A stretch of DNA of 64,000 nt, taken from Narcine bancroftii (lineage: Eukaryota). A model generated the notes under the pieces. The model worked only from the letters and a program-made list of their open reading frames with translations, was not told where the DNA came from and did not search any database. The stretch lies in the NCBI RefSeq assembly GCF_036971445.1, contig NC_091470.1:140802001-140866000 (forward strand), read 5' to 3'. How positions within the stretch are numbered: the stretch's first letter is position 1; each line of letters starts with the position of its first letter. Position numbers and translations under genes: made by a program. Positions 1-13,643 of the stretch are shown here, piece after piece.

Positions 1-231
1 AATAAATAAAGGATCTACAGTAGTAGGCCCTTAAAGAGAACTGGGGAACAAACGTACAAGACCAAGAACCTGTGAAGGTGCAGCACAGCCAGGAAGCTGT
101 TGAAGGCATGCAGGATGCAAGTCTTCATTTGCCAGAGCCTTGTTTGGGCCACAGATGGAGTACTGTGGATAATTCTGGTCTCCACACTATAGGAAGGACA
201 TAATTGAACCAGAGAGGGTGCAGAGGAGATT

Positions 232-476
232 TTCACCTTTCCTCTTTCACATCCAATTAACACCTTTTGTCTGTGGGTCTGTACTCTTTCCCCTCCCATT
301 CTTTCCCTAGCCTTTAATTCAGACGCCTGTCTTTTTTCACTCGTACCTTAAGGAAGGACGAGGCCCGAAATGTCAGTAATCTATCATTACCTCCTATGGC
401 CGCTTTGAGACTGGCTGAGTTCCTCCAGCATTTGTTTTGACTACAATCACAGCATCTGCAGATTTTGGTGTTTAAC
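232..476 (+). mobile_element. Penelope-like 3' terminal repeat fragment inserted in an old CR1
   Basis: 13-bp TSD TGCAGAGGAGATT (219-231 / 477-489). Contains ggcccgaaatgtc...gctgagttcctccagca...agcatctgcaga, which recurs at several other sites in the window. Confidence 0.7.
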
Positions 477-3400
477 TGCAGAGGAGATTAGCTTGGATAT
501 TGCCTGAGATTTGTGGGTGGTGGAGGGAGATTTTCTCACTACATTTATTTAGACAATCCCTTGGATTGCCTCAGCATGGAAGGTTCCACACCAGGTACTG
601 ATGATGGGGATTGATAAGGATCTGCGTGGACCTTCCTTGGGATGGTGAAAGGCCATTTTCTGTGTTCTGGGATTCAATGTTGGGGTTTTCTTTTATATTT
701 ATTGCTGGCACATCCATATATTCTATTTAGTTTTCAATCATCTTTTGCTGCTTTCTAAAATACTGTCCGTCTTCTGGCCTGGAACTACTCTTTTCATCAA
801 TTTTGCTGCCATCCTTGATTTCACCTGTCAGTCAGTAATGGAGCATTCTTCTTCTAGTGTCTGTAGATAGTTTTACAAAGAGGAAAAGCAGTGGCGTAAA
901 GGAAAAGAATGAGTGTTTGCAGGTGAGCATCCTTTTAAGTAAACGTTGAGTTACAGATTGTTTTGAAGCATCCTGTCAATTGCATAGGTAATTAAGAGGC
1001 TAGGAGCTTTGACATGTCCTTGCTTCAGTGCCGACAAGGCCAGGCTGGGTCATAAACTGGGCTACTTCGATCTTCTGGATTGTGACATCTTGATTGATCA
1101 AAATCTCAAGATGACTATTTTTAATTAACTGTATTTTTGCTAAGGTTCAGAATAATTTGAATGCAGTTGTGGACATTGGTGATGTCACTAGAACAATGAT
1201 CCTACATGGACAGTTTAAAATGCTTTACTCCATCCTTTGCCAAAGTGATGCCAGTATTAATGACCCTTTGGCAAGCCTGCTGAATTAATTAGATGAAGCA
1301 AAACCAGGGACACTCTGGGATGTTCACCATTCACACATAGAGATACAGAGTAATTGTAAAATGCTAGCAGTGTTGAGAGTAGACGCAGAGAGTAAAGTTA
1401 AACCCTGAGATCGGGCACACAGTAGTCTTCTATCCCAGAGTGTGTTTGCTATCTTTGTGGCAAATCTTTGTCAGCAGGCAGACAAGGTGTGGAGCGAGTT
1501 TACAACAGAATGGGGAAGAACACTTTTATTGTACGCTTTCATTTCAATGAAAATTATTAATATTACAATAAGCAAGGGTCTGACACTGGTCCTGGTGGAA
1601 CCCAGCCACATCCTTGACTGGGTACAATGGAGTACAGTACTCTACACTCAGCTACTGCCTATCACCAGTTTAATGCATCCAACCATAGCTAGGAAGGTCC
1701 AGGAGGAATGACCACTCCCCCTAAGCACATTTGTTCAAAATTGCCACCTTTTTGAACTTAGTGCTCACCAGTGGCAGATTAACCATTAGGCTGAGTAGGG
1801 AGGGGGAGTGCCCAATAGCAAATTGGTTATAGCAATCACTGACAAATGGTTTTTCAGACCTGTAATCGATTGGAGTCCCAGCTCGAAACGTCGACTGTTC
1901 TTTCTCTCCCGCTGAGTTCCTCTTGTGCATTGTGTTCAGCTTCATGGCATCTTCTGATTCCTTGTGTGTCCATTGTGTGTCAAGGTGTAAGCTCGCTGCT
2001 GATTGGGCATGTTCAGCCCTTCAGCTATTAGCTGGCATGGATCGGGACTGCATGCGCGAAGCGCCGCGAACCCAAGGCATGAAATGATATTCAATTTTTG
2101 TTCAAAGTAAATCCGAGAGATGTGATTATTTTTTAATTTAAAAATTGAATTCATGAGATGCAAATTGTGCCTCACAGTTCAGGTCAGCTGAGGGGAGGGT
2201 TTAGAATTGGATGTTGGGAGCTCAAGTGTGTGGTAGGTTGATTTTAATTTTGATTTTTAAATACAAATAACGATTATGTACTTCCTTTAAAACTGATCTT
2301 CCCTTACATTCCTTGTCTTTTGATGTTAAATACAAAATAAAAATGTATAATGAATTTCAAATTACTTAGTATGGGTCATGGATGTGCGCACATTCATTTC
2401 CTTTGTGTGCTGGTTGCAAAGCGTGTGCTGTGCACACGCACACAGCTTTGAGGGAACTGCGGTCGTGGTGCTTTTTTAATGTGCTCGCTCCCCCTAACGT
2501 CAAAGCCTGGCTACACGACTGCATCCAACTGCTGTTCCCCAACTCATCACCTGAGTTATCTGCCTTTCTGTTCTTTGTAAACCATCCCAAACTCTGCTGG
2601 TGACACCAGGCATCAATCTTTTGTGTTTCCCTTCTCCCCCACCGTAAACCTGGAAAGCAAATTATTAAACAAACAAGAGCATAATCTCAACCCTTCATTT
2701 TAGAAGGGGGAGTACTGAAAAGAAAATGAAGGAACAAAGTCCTCTAATTAGAAAGGATGTTTTAAAGAAGAGATATGAGATCCTTCATTGTCCCTGTGAT
2801 TACTCACCAGGCAGGATTTACAAACCAACAGTAGGGCAGCAATTTACTGAAACACGAGAGGGCTCCGTCCACAATTAATAGCCATTTGCTTTATTCCCAT
2901 TCAATTACCTAACAAGACTTTGTATTGTGTGGAGTTTTGCATACATTAATGCAATCCAAATAAATGCTGGTTGTACCAGTGCAGTGTTACATGCCAGCTG
3001 CATGCATTTGATTGGTCTAGCCACTGCTAGGCAACAGGTTTCAAACCACCAAAAATTCCACTGTGACCATCGCAGACTATTATTTTCTCTTCAGAGGAAG
3101 TCCCTTGATGAGGGCTTGATGGTTGATTCATACTGCAGCAGCAAACCATTATCGATGTATCGCACACGCTCACTTTATGCCCAAGGGTAACCATTGGGTA
3201 TCTCCACAGAACGTGAAAAGATTTCTACTGGTTATTTATATCGACACTCTGCTATGGGTGTCCATCAATCAGCAGTGAGAATACTGACAACCAGCAAGAG
3301 TAAAGGAACTGTAAATGCATCTTTTAAAAAGCACAAGACCAAACCTGATCAAAGCTCAGTTCCAGAAAGTGGCCCCATCCCTTCCATTACACAACAACTG

Positions 3401-4053
3401 AGTCCACGTCAGGGAATTCTATTTTTAAAAAGTAGTTTGCGGAAAGTGTTAATGCATAAACAAGCCCCAACCCTGCCTGAATGCCAGGCTGCTGACAGTT
3501 CATGCTGGTTCAACTTGTTTCATCATCACAGTTGTTCTGCACAGGCAAGGTGAGTAAATCAACTAAACTGAGGCAGAGTTTATCTAAAGGCTGACATGAA
3601 TGTGCCGTTAAAAGGCACAAACTTCTTCTGGGTGGATATCACACAGTGCACTACATGCGTGGACAAAAATCATCTCAAATGAAGGCCCATTCCTGATTAT
3701 CCCTCCCCCCTACCACAGTCTTCTCATTCCCATTTCCCCCATAGCTTCCCCTCTCCTCACCATTCCCTCTCATACCAAGATTTCCCCATACCTGTGATCA
3801 CCCATCCCTGCAATTCAGCTCATTTTCAAGCTACAAACTGCCCTCTTTTGACAATCTTTCCTTTCCTGACTAGTCATAAGCACACGTATGAATTAAGAGC
3901 AGATTTTGATAACTCAATCTTTCAACCAAGGCTGATCCCATTGTAATGTCAGCTTGGCCTTGCTGTCTGGCCCCAGTAACATTTCACCTCTGTTTTCACA
4001 CCATTCACAAACTCTATTTCCACGACCTTGTGAAGCAGAATATTATGGCCATC

Positions 4054-4760
4054 TGTCTTGGGTAAACTTATATCTCTCATTTTGTTCGTTTTAGATTGGT
4101 CACAGTGTTTGAGCTACCGAAAGAAAATAGACACACACACTGAGAGCAGTTCAGTTTATACAAATGTTTATTACAAATTCAAAAGCTGATTTCACACTAC
4201 AATATGCAAGCGCTTCCCAACTATACTTATCAACGCTTGGACTGGTCCCAACTGCCGAAGCAAGGCAACAACTGCACACTTGTAATTGGTTGTCAGGGCG
4301 CCGGTAGCAACTTCTCCACCTCCCCTGACCGGGACGTTGGCTGGACTCCAGAAGTTCTTCTTCTTGCTGAGAGATGTTGCCACCTCTCGGAGAGTCTCAA
4401 ACTTCAGCAGCGGGACCATGACTTGTATTACCCAAAAACTGCTTACCCAAGCACAGCAAGAAAGATAAGCAAGCAAGCTAGCATGCTAGGCTTCAGTCAA
4501 ATAACATAATTTTCAGCTTATCACTTTGAATACAATGGTTTATTTTGCATCAAGGCTAGGCCTCTGACAGTCTGAGACCAAAACAAGCAGGAAGATTAAA
4601 TGTTCTTGGTACACAGATGTCCTTTCATCAGATAACAGCATCTCTGGCCCCTTGGTGGAATTTAGCTTATGTCTGCTGATTCTAAAACACAAGCAGGTTC
4701 TCAGCCTTCCAGAACCCAGAGCTGCAAGTTTAAAAAAACAGGTTAGAATCTTCCATTACA
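4054..4760 (-). mobile_element. Solo LTR (retrovirus/LTR retrotransposon)
   Basis: TG...CA ends, a perfect 5-bp TSD CCATC (4049-4053 / 4761-4765), AATAAA on the minus strand near 4170, and homology to 45169-45550. Confidence 0.88.
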
Positions 4761-6389
4761 CCATCCTAAGCATAGTCATCTCAGCTTTTTCATAAGTAGC
4801 TTTGAAAAGTTTGGCACTGTTCTGTGAACCTTCCAAAGGAGGTCAGAAATATAGGTAATTGCCAGACATAGCTCTGTTCCTAATTAAAGGGATAATTTAT
4901 CCAAGAATAGGTTTTAGTCTTTCCTAGTGCCAAATAAATGTCCTGGGTTTGGTTTAACCAGTGTCCTGTTTCTGCAAAACCCTTTGCACTGGCTCCATTT
5001 CTAGGGCAGGCTTCCACATGACCATGCATTGTGCCACCACCCTCTTCATTATTATATTCCCATGTCCATCAGGAAAGAGCAGGAGCCCGGAAATTTGCTT
5101 TCATCTTATTTGATGTCAAACACAAATCAAGAGTCATCAAAAAAGTTGTGAACTTGGGTCATCCTCACTTCGAGAATTTATTGCTGCAATTTTCTCTTGC
5201 GAAGAAACAGTAACAGGTGCAGGTAGACAACCCAAGGTTCCCGTGCTGTCTGCACTACGAGGGAGGACTTTCCCAGGATGTAAGGGCTGCTATGGAGATG
5301 AGAGATCTGGACATTCAGACTTAATGCCATGAACCAGCATCTTCTGTGGATAAAAGTTCTGCACCTGAAATGAAAATCCCCAAACTAGTAAATTATAACC
5401 AAAATTCAACCCTCGAGTCTGAAAAGGATGTGAGTGACACTTTTCACTTCCACACTCTCTGCCAGACTGTAGTACATGCTACCACCACTGAAGGGCCACT
5501 TCAGGCCAGACTATCAAAGGTCACACCCCCCCCCTGGTCACACGGAGTTGGAGGCACAGGCAAGCATCTGGCAGAACCTGGACTCTGCTCAAATGGTGGA
5601 GAGGCAAGAAGGGGATAATTTCAGCCCCTAATCCTCACCAGGTATAGCTAATCTTCAATTTATGATAGGGTTGCATTCTGGCATTCCCATTGTAAGTCCA
5701 AAAAAAAGTACACCGAAAAATGGCAGTGGGATCAGTGTGGGACTGACATGGGGCTGGTGGGAGAGAGCGGGGCAGTGCAGTGGGATCAGTGTGGGGACTA
5801 ACAGAGCTGTGGGGAGACAGCCAAAATTTAAAGTACAGTACAGATTCTACCATTGTATCTTTAAAAATTCATAACTCAGGCCATCGTAAATTGGGGACTA
5901 TCGGTACTCACTGATCATCTGGTCACTTTAAAATGACCTCATGTTGATACATGACCAAAAAGTAAAAGAGAAAATGACTTATTCTGAATCTGTCATCTTT
6001 GCTCCAGAGCTCTCTGTCCACATATTTCAAGTCAGAACTTTGGACAATCATTCTCACCATTTCACAAAATCATACACAGTGATACAATGTGTATCAGCAC
6101 AGAGACTTCTGCCCACCTTGTCCATGCTGGCCAGCATGTTTATCCACACTAATCCCATTTGCCTGAATTTGACCCTCTATCCTTTTTCCCATCCAAGTCT
6201 CTCCAAATGTCTTTTAAATGTTAAAATAGATTCTGTGCCCACCACCTCCTCTGGCAGCTCATTCCAGACCAACACCATACTCTGAGTGAAAAACTTATTC
6301 TTTTAAATTTTTTCCCTTCTCAACTATAAGTATTTAAGGCAAAGGTTGATGGGTATCTGAATAGTCAGGGTTTCAAAGTTAGGTTAGGC

Positions 6390-9327
6390 AGCGAAAGTAA
6401 AAAAGTAAAAAAGCAAATCTGAAGGCTTTATATCTTCATGTAAGAAGCATTCGGAACAAGGTAGATGAATTAGCTGTGGAAGTTGAGAAAAACAAATATG
6501 ATTTGATTGGGATTACAGAAACATGGCTGCAGGGTGGGCAATCCTGGGAACTTAACATCCCGGGATATACGATATTTAGGAGGGATCGGCAAGAAAGAAA
6601 AGGGGGTGGGGTAGTATTGATGGTGAGAGAAGGGACCGACACGATTGACAGGAAGGATATTAACTCAGAAGATGCGGAATCTATATGGGTAGAACTAAGG
6701 AATAGCAAGGGGCGGAAAACGTTAGTGGGGGTGGTATATAGGCCTCCAAATAGTAGTGTAGAGGTGAGGGAAGGCATTAAAAGAGAAATTAGAAAAGTGT
6801 GCAATAAGGGAACAGCTGTCATCATGGGAGACTTTAATTTGCATATAGATTGGACTAGTCAAATTGGTAAAAATACAGAGGAGGAGGAATTCCTTGAATG
6901 TTTACAGGACGGTTATCTAGACCAATATGTCGAGGAACCAATTCGGGAGCAGGCCATTTTAGATTGGGTATTATGCAATGATAAGGGGCTAATCAACAAT
7001 CTTGTTGTACGAGGCCCTTTGGGTAGGAGCGATCACAATATGATCGAATTCTCACTCGACATGGAGAGTGATGAAATTAAAACCGAGACTAAGGTCCTGA
7101 ATTTAAATAAAGGGAATTATGATGGTATGAGACGGGAGTTGAGTAAGATTGATTGGGTGGTGTTTATGGGGGAGTTGACTGTGGATAGACAATGGAAAGC
7201 ATTCACAGATCTAATGGAGAAATTGCAAAAATCGTTTATACCGGTTTGGCATAAAAATAAACCAAAAAAGGTGACTCAACCGTGGATAACAAGGGAAATT
7301 AGAGACAGCATTGGGTCCAAAGAGAGAGCATATCAATTGGCCAAAAAAAGTACCACAACCGAAGACTGGGAGCAGTTCAAGATGCAGCAAAGGAGGAAAA
7401 AGGGATTAATCAAGAGAGCAAAAATAAATTACGAAAGTAAGCTTGCGGCAAATATAAAAACCGACTGCAAAAGCTTTTATAAATATGTCAAGAGGAAAAG
7501 ATTGGTGAAATCCAGAGTAGGTCCTTTGCAGTCGGAATCAGGGGAATATATAATGGGGAATAAGGAAATGGCAGACCAATTAAATTCTTACTTTAGTTCT
7601 GTTTTTACAAGAGAGGATACAAATAACCTCCCAAGGATGTTGGGAAACATAGAGACTAATGCAAGGGAGGAACTGAAAGAAATCAGTATCTCTAAGGACA
7701 TGGTCTTGGGGAAATTGATGGGATTGAAGGCAGATAAATCCCAAGGGCCTGATAATCTACATCCTCGGGTACTCAAGGAAGTGGCCATTCAGATAGCAGA
7801 TGCTTTAAGAATTATTTTCCAGAACTCGATAGACTCAGGATCAGTACCCATGGATTGGAGGGTAGCTAATGTTACCCCACTATTTAAAAAGGAGGGTAGA
7901 GAAAAAGCGGGGAATTATCGGCCGGTGAGCCTTACATCAGTAGTGGGCAAAATGATAGAATCCATTATTAAGGATGTAATAGCAGAGCATATGACTAGCA
8001 GAGAAGGGATCGGACGGAGTCAACATGGATTTACAAAAGGTAAATCGTGCTTGACAAATCTATTGGAATTCTTTGAGATGGTGACAGGTAAAATAGATGG
8101 GGGAGAGCCAGTGGATGTGGTATACCTGGACTTCCAAAAGGCCTTCGATAAGGTCCCGCATAAACAACTGGCTTCCAAAATCAAGGCTCATGGGACTGGG
8201 GGAAAAGTATTGATGTGGATTGAGAACTGGCTGGAAGGTAGAAGACAGAGAGCTGGGATAAATGGCTCGTTTTCTGAGTGGCAGGCGGTGACCAGTGGGG
8301 TACCACAGGGATCTGTACTGGGACCCCAGCTGTTCACAATTTACATTAATGATCTGGATGAGGGGATTGGATGTAATATCTCCAAATTTGCAGATGACAC
8401 TAAGCTAGGAGGGGTTGTGAGCACGGAAGAGGGGGTCAGGAAGCTCCAGTGTGATTTGGATAAATTGAGGGACTGGGCAGATGCATGGCAAATGCACTAC
8501 AATGTGGATAAATGTGAGGTTTTATTCACTTTGGTAATACAAACCAGAGGGCAGATTACTATTTGAATGGCAATAGATTAAGAGATGGGGAAGTGCAGAG
8601 AGACCTAGGGGTACTTGTACATCAGTCTCTGAAGGCGACCATGCAGGTACAGCAGGCGGTTAAAAAGGCAAATTGTATGTTGGCCTTCATATCAAGAGGG
8701 TTTGAGTATAGGAACAAGGATACCTTACTGCAGCTGTACAGGGCCTTGGTGAGACCCCACCTGGAGTACTGTGTGCAGTTTTGGTCACCTTATCTAAGGA
8801 AGGATGTTCTTGCAATGGAGGGAGTGCAGAGGCGATGCACCAGGCTAATACCTGGAATGGCAGGAATGACTTATGAGGAAAGATTGCGCAAATTGGGACT
8901 GTACTCGCTGGAGTTTAGAAGATTGAGAGGGGATCTCATAGAGACATCTAAAATTCTGGCAGGACTGGACAGAATGGATGCAGATGGGATGTTTCCAATG
9001 ATGGGAAAATCCAGAACCCGGGGCCATGGTTTGAGGATAATAGGCAAACCATTTAGGACCGAGATGAGGAGGAATTTCTTGACCCAGAGGGTGGTGAATC
9101 TGTGGAATTCATTGCCACAGAGGACAGTAGAGGCAGGTTCATTAAATATATTTAAGAGGGAATTAGATCTATTTCTTCAGTATAAGGGTATGAAAGGTTA
9201 CGGAGAGAAGGCGGGGACAGGGTACTGAACTTTAAGATCAACCATGATCTCGTTGAATGGCGGAGCAGGCTCGAAGGGTCGAATAACCTACTCCTGCTCC
9301 TATCTTCTATGTTTCTATGTTTCTATG
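6390..9327 (+). mobile_element. Young 5'-truncated CR1 LINE with near-complete ORF2 (APE endonuclease + RT)
   Basis: ORFs 6476-8566 and 8563-9228 carry EN motifs (GITETW, VYRPP, MGDFN, SDHN) and RT motifs (NYRPVSLTS, YLDFQKAFDKV, GVPQGSVLGP, FADD). There is one frameshift at about 8521, an 8-bp-unit (TTCTATGT)n tail and a possible TSD TAGGC (6385-6389 / 9328-9332). Confidence 0.95.
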
Positions 9328-11494
9328 TAGGCCAGAGAGTGGGCTGAGTGGGACAATGGATCAGCTCATGATGGAATGGCGGAGTGGACTTGATGGGCCA
9401 AGTGGCCTGCTTCTGCTCCTAAATCTTATGGTCTTAAACCTGTCCCCTTGAATTGCCCTGGGGAAAGGATTCTGATTATCAATCGATTATGCCCCACATC
9501 ATTTTATTGCACCACCCCTCACTCTTTTTCCAAACCTGTGTCGCCCTGACATTACTTGCTTCACCCTTGACAGCCATTACACAACCACCAAAGTTCCCAT
9601 CCAAGCTCTCTGTTAACATTTGACTCTGCCTTCTCCTTTAAGACACTCCCTGAAACCGACTTCACCAAGATAAAGCTGGAAGCTCTGGAAGATAAAACTG
9701 AAATTCTGAAGATGAGGTACCAGAAAGGCAAGCTGCGTTAAAGTAGATTTTTTTTTTAAAAAACAGCGCCAGCTGGGATGGATCTAAGGACAGTAAGGGG
9801 AGAAAATACTTTGAAACATCTAGCAATTTAGTTATGGTGCCTGAGCAATGAAAGATTTCAAGCGCAAGAGCACAGAGATAAATCCAGTTACTGGACAGCC
9901 AGGAAGGTAATTGGCAAAGGAACCAAAAGTAAGAGATTTGCTTTCCCATCGAAGTGTTGGGCTGTGCATAGACGGGCTGGACAGGAGTGGAGACAAATTC
10001 CGATGCAGCATTTACAGGGGCACTGGATGTGTCTCTGAAATGAAAGAGCTTGTGCCATTTTTGGGGAATGGGATGTAGACAGCCGCTGCCATTGGCTGCT
10101 CTGCACCCGATGCAATCACATTGCACCCACCATACTCTCAACAGCTCGCCGCACACGTGCGTTAGTTGGATCAAGTGATAGCAGGGAGCAGGGGTCACAT
10201 TGTGGGCTCTCTCTCCCTACCCTTTTTATCATGTTTGGTTGTGTTCAGTAAAGTATTTTATTTGGTTTACCTCCCCTGGCGACTCAACTTGTTATTAAGC
10301 ATGCAATGACAAACAGGATTAGTCTTATAAAAGTTGGAATGGATCCAATCAGATGACATCCAACCTGTATCCATTCTGTGATCCCTAAATTTTACACAAA
10401 GTGCTCTCGTGAAGGATTTTTGGATGATGAAGTTGTTTAAAAAAAATATAAATTGTTGGCTGGATATGATCTGTGGTGTTTGATGAACTAGTTGGACTTG
10501 CTGATTATGACAGGAACACCAGAATGCCAAGGATTCAACTCTGCTCCATTAGCCACCTTCTCTCTACCTTCATGCTCCCTCTGAGGCAAATCTTCCTGTA
10601 GGCAAGTAAACCTCTCCTCCCTTTGATATCGGAGTTGACAGGAGGAGCAGAGCTGAAAGAGTTGGTATTGGCACTGTGGCAACAAGAATGTAACACCAAT
10701 AAATGAGCACCGTACGTACAGTATTGGTATATGTACTGCCCCCTGCTGGCCTTGGAAGATTTGTGTTTCTGAAGAATTTAAGATTTCTTTATAAAAGAGG
10801 CACCAGTAACTTGGAAACCCCACCAATGAGGGCAAGAGAAGCAAAAGAGAGTCACTTCAGAAACACTGAGTGTCCATGGATTTGCCTCCTGCGCTCCGTC
10901 ACACAGCCTCCTGTCTGTTCCGGGGGTGAACACCAGCTCCTGCTTCCGAACCTACAATATGATTAGGAAGCTGTCAGTGACTGAGCCCCCTCCAATTCCC
11001 TGCTCGTCATCAACAGCTTCATGAAGCCCAGAGCCTCATGAGTTTGAGCCCTTTGCTGGTTCTGCTACTGTGGTCTCCTACCCTGTAGTGTCCTGTTGTA
11101 AGTTACTCCTTTTCAGCTGCTGTGGGCAGGAGAGGGGGGATCTACTGCCCTGATCCCCTAGAGACAGTAACCCTCATGGATAAGCATGGGCGCCAACATC
11201 TGGGCATTGTCCTCTGTGGATTTGCCAACGTTTTTTTTTAAAATCAGTAGCCTTTCTACAAGCTAATTTAAAGCACTTGGGGTGCTCTTGGGAAACTGCA
11301 GCTGTAGTGGGATGCATGCCTCGATTCACTTCTCAGGCAGTGAGTTCCAGGTTCCAACATCAGATCCCTTCTAACCTCTTACATAAAATCGCTGCACTCC
11401 AGAATCCTTAAGTTGTGGATTTGTACAGGACAGATGAGCCAGATGGCCCTCAATATCCATGCTGACCTTTTGCCCATCCACACACCCCACTTTT

Positions 11495-12270
11495 CCACAT
11501 AGAACACAACTGCACAATAAAGGCTGTCCCACATATTATTTTTTTTAAAAAAATACTAAACACACCCAAAAAAGTACTAAACCCACCCTACCTCATAACC
11601 CTCTATTTTTCTTTCATCCATGTGCCTGTCTAAAAGTCTCTTAAATGCCCCTGATCTTTCAGCCTCCACCACCATCCCTGGCAAGGCATTCCCGGCACCC
11701 ACAACTCTCTGTGTTTATAAAAAAAAACTTACCCCTGACGTCTCACCTAAACTTCCCTCCCTTAACTTTGTACACATGTCCTTTGGTGTGTGCTGGTTCT
11801 GCCCTGGGAAAAAGGTGCTGGCTCTCCACCCTATCTATGCATCTCAGACCCTTGTCAACCTCTATCAAGTCTCCTCTCATCCTTCTACGCTCCAAAGAGA
11901 AAAGTCATACCTCTGCTAACCTTGCCTCATAAGACTTGTTTTCTAATCCAGGCAACATCCTTGTAAAACTTCTCTGTACTCTTTCTTTGGCTTCCATATC
12001 CTTCTTGTAATGAGGTGACCAGAAATGAACACAATATTCTGTGGTCTTACCAGAGATTTGTAGGGTTGCAACATGACCTCTCCACTCCTGAACTCAATCC
12101 CCTCATTAATGAAGCCCAGCATCCCATTGGCCTTCTTAACTATCCTATCAACCTGTGCAGCAACCTTGAGGGATGTATGGATTTGCACCCCAAGGTCCCT
12201 CTATTCATCCACACTCTTAAGTAAATGACCATTAACACTGTACTCAGCCTTCTGGTTTGTCCTTCCAAAA
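11495..12270 (-). mobile_element. Degraded CR1 3' fragment
   Basis: Minus-strand ORF with SLKVAAQVDRIVKKANGMLGFI...IEFRS...KSLVRP. Confidence 0.85.
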
Positions 12271-13630
12271 TAGGTCAACATTAGGAATTATCCTTCTGCA
12301 TCTTGCAGACTTAATGACCTAAACAATCTTAAAACTTAGAAATTGTATCTAATTCCACATCTTCCCTTTTAAAAATTCTCACCTTCCCTTTTAAAAGTTC
12401 TCACCTTATCTTAAACTTTAATAATCGAATCATGCAAAAATGATCTTGACTTTCTAACCCATCTCTAGCTCTTAAAACTTTATAAGCTTCCATCAAGCCT
12501 CTGTCTCCAAGATAAACAAACTTGCCCGTCAATCTCTCCCCTTAACTAAAGTCTTCAATCCAGGGTGCATCCAGCACCCTCTCCACTTTAATCATGACCT
12601 ACCTGTGGAGATTAGAATTGTGAACAATGCTCCAGCTGTGGCTTATAAAGTACTGGAAGGTGGGACAAAGTGAGACATGTCTCTCAATCTGATACTGGAG
12701 AGAATCCTCTCCTGTGTGGTAAGTTTTCTATGATTCTACAATTCCAACCGATTGCCTATCTCTGACTGTGGTTGCTCCACCATTGATGCTCTTGCCTCAG
12801 CTCTTTTGGCTTCAAACTCTGGAATTTTCTCCCCAAACCTTTCTACATTTCCAACTTTCAACCATAAAGATGCTCACCCAACAAAATTGCACCTTTCATT
12901 GCTATCAGTGCAGTCTGAGACGATATGATTGGCAGAGTTTTGCATCTTGTCTCTTGAACAAGGATGTCCAGTCTTGATCAGTGGCCCCCAGGTGATGAAT
13001 GAGGCTAATGTGGGACCTGCTAATTCTGCCTCAGGTGGGGAAGTGCTCTTGCTGAAGAGACTCCAGTGTCTCTGTGCCTTTTAGAATGTTTCTTCTGCAC
13101 TCTAAGTGCATTACATTTTCTCAAGGAGGCTTTGAGTATATTCATCAAGCACATTCTCGAGGTGAAGTTTGGAAGAGTACCTGTCTCAGTAGTCTGGTTT
13201 CAGGAATGCAAACCCTGTGGCCCACCTCTCGGGGTGTTAATGAGGGCAGGCACTATTTCTGCCCTATAGTCTCTGGGCTTAAAACTAGGTTTGTGGATCT
13301 TTGGCTTGTATGTTTTTAACAGATGTGCTGAAGGGTGAAGGTAAACCTTGTCACCAACATCTGCCTTCCTGAGCAGAGTGTTGCTGTGTGTACGATTGCC
13401 TACTGCTGAATGCTCTTGAAATATGAATGTGAAGTAGTATTGCATCTGGATCAGTCCTGGTTTTTAATTGAAATAAGTCAATTCGAGCCAATTATTTAGT
13501 ATCTGTTTAATTCAAGTGGCTTCTCATCTGTTACAGAAGAAATTAAATCACTCACTTTTGGAGACCACATTAATCTTCTTCCCAAAGTGGTGATAAGTTT
13601 GGTGCTGGAACTGTAATTGCAGTTCCCAAC

Positions 13631-13643
13631 GTTGCCTGGCAAT
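13631..13643. promoter_or_regulatory. Candidate RFX X-box
   Basis: GTTGCCTGGCAAT is one mismatch from GTTGCCTGGCAAC and lies in non-repetitive DNA 2.2 kb upstream of the inferred TTLL10 ATG. Confidence 0.4.

Noticed and set aside
4204-4509. Paralogous small ORFs [18 protein letters not shown] (also 45211-45483)
   Set aside because: The similarity comes from the shared LTR sequence; the frames diverge and there is no coding signal.
9660-11260. Possible LTR or LINE internal remnants and the 178-aa minus-strand ORF
   Set aside because: Looks repeat-derived but I could not recognise a diagnostic motif, so it is left unannotated.
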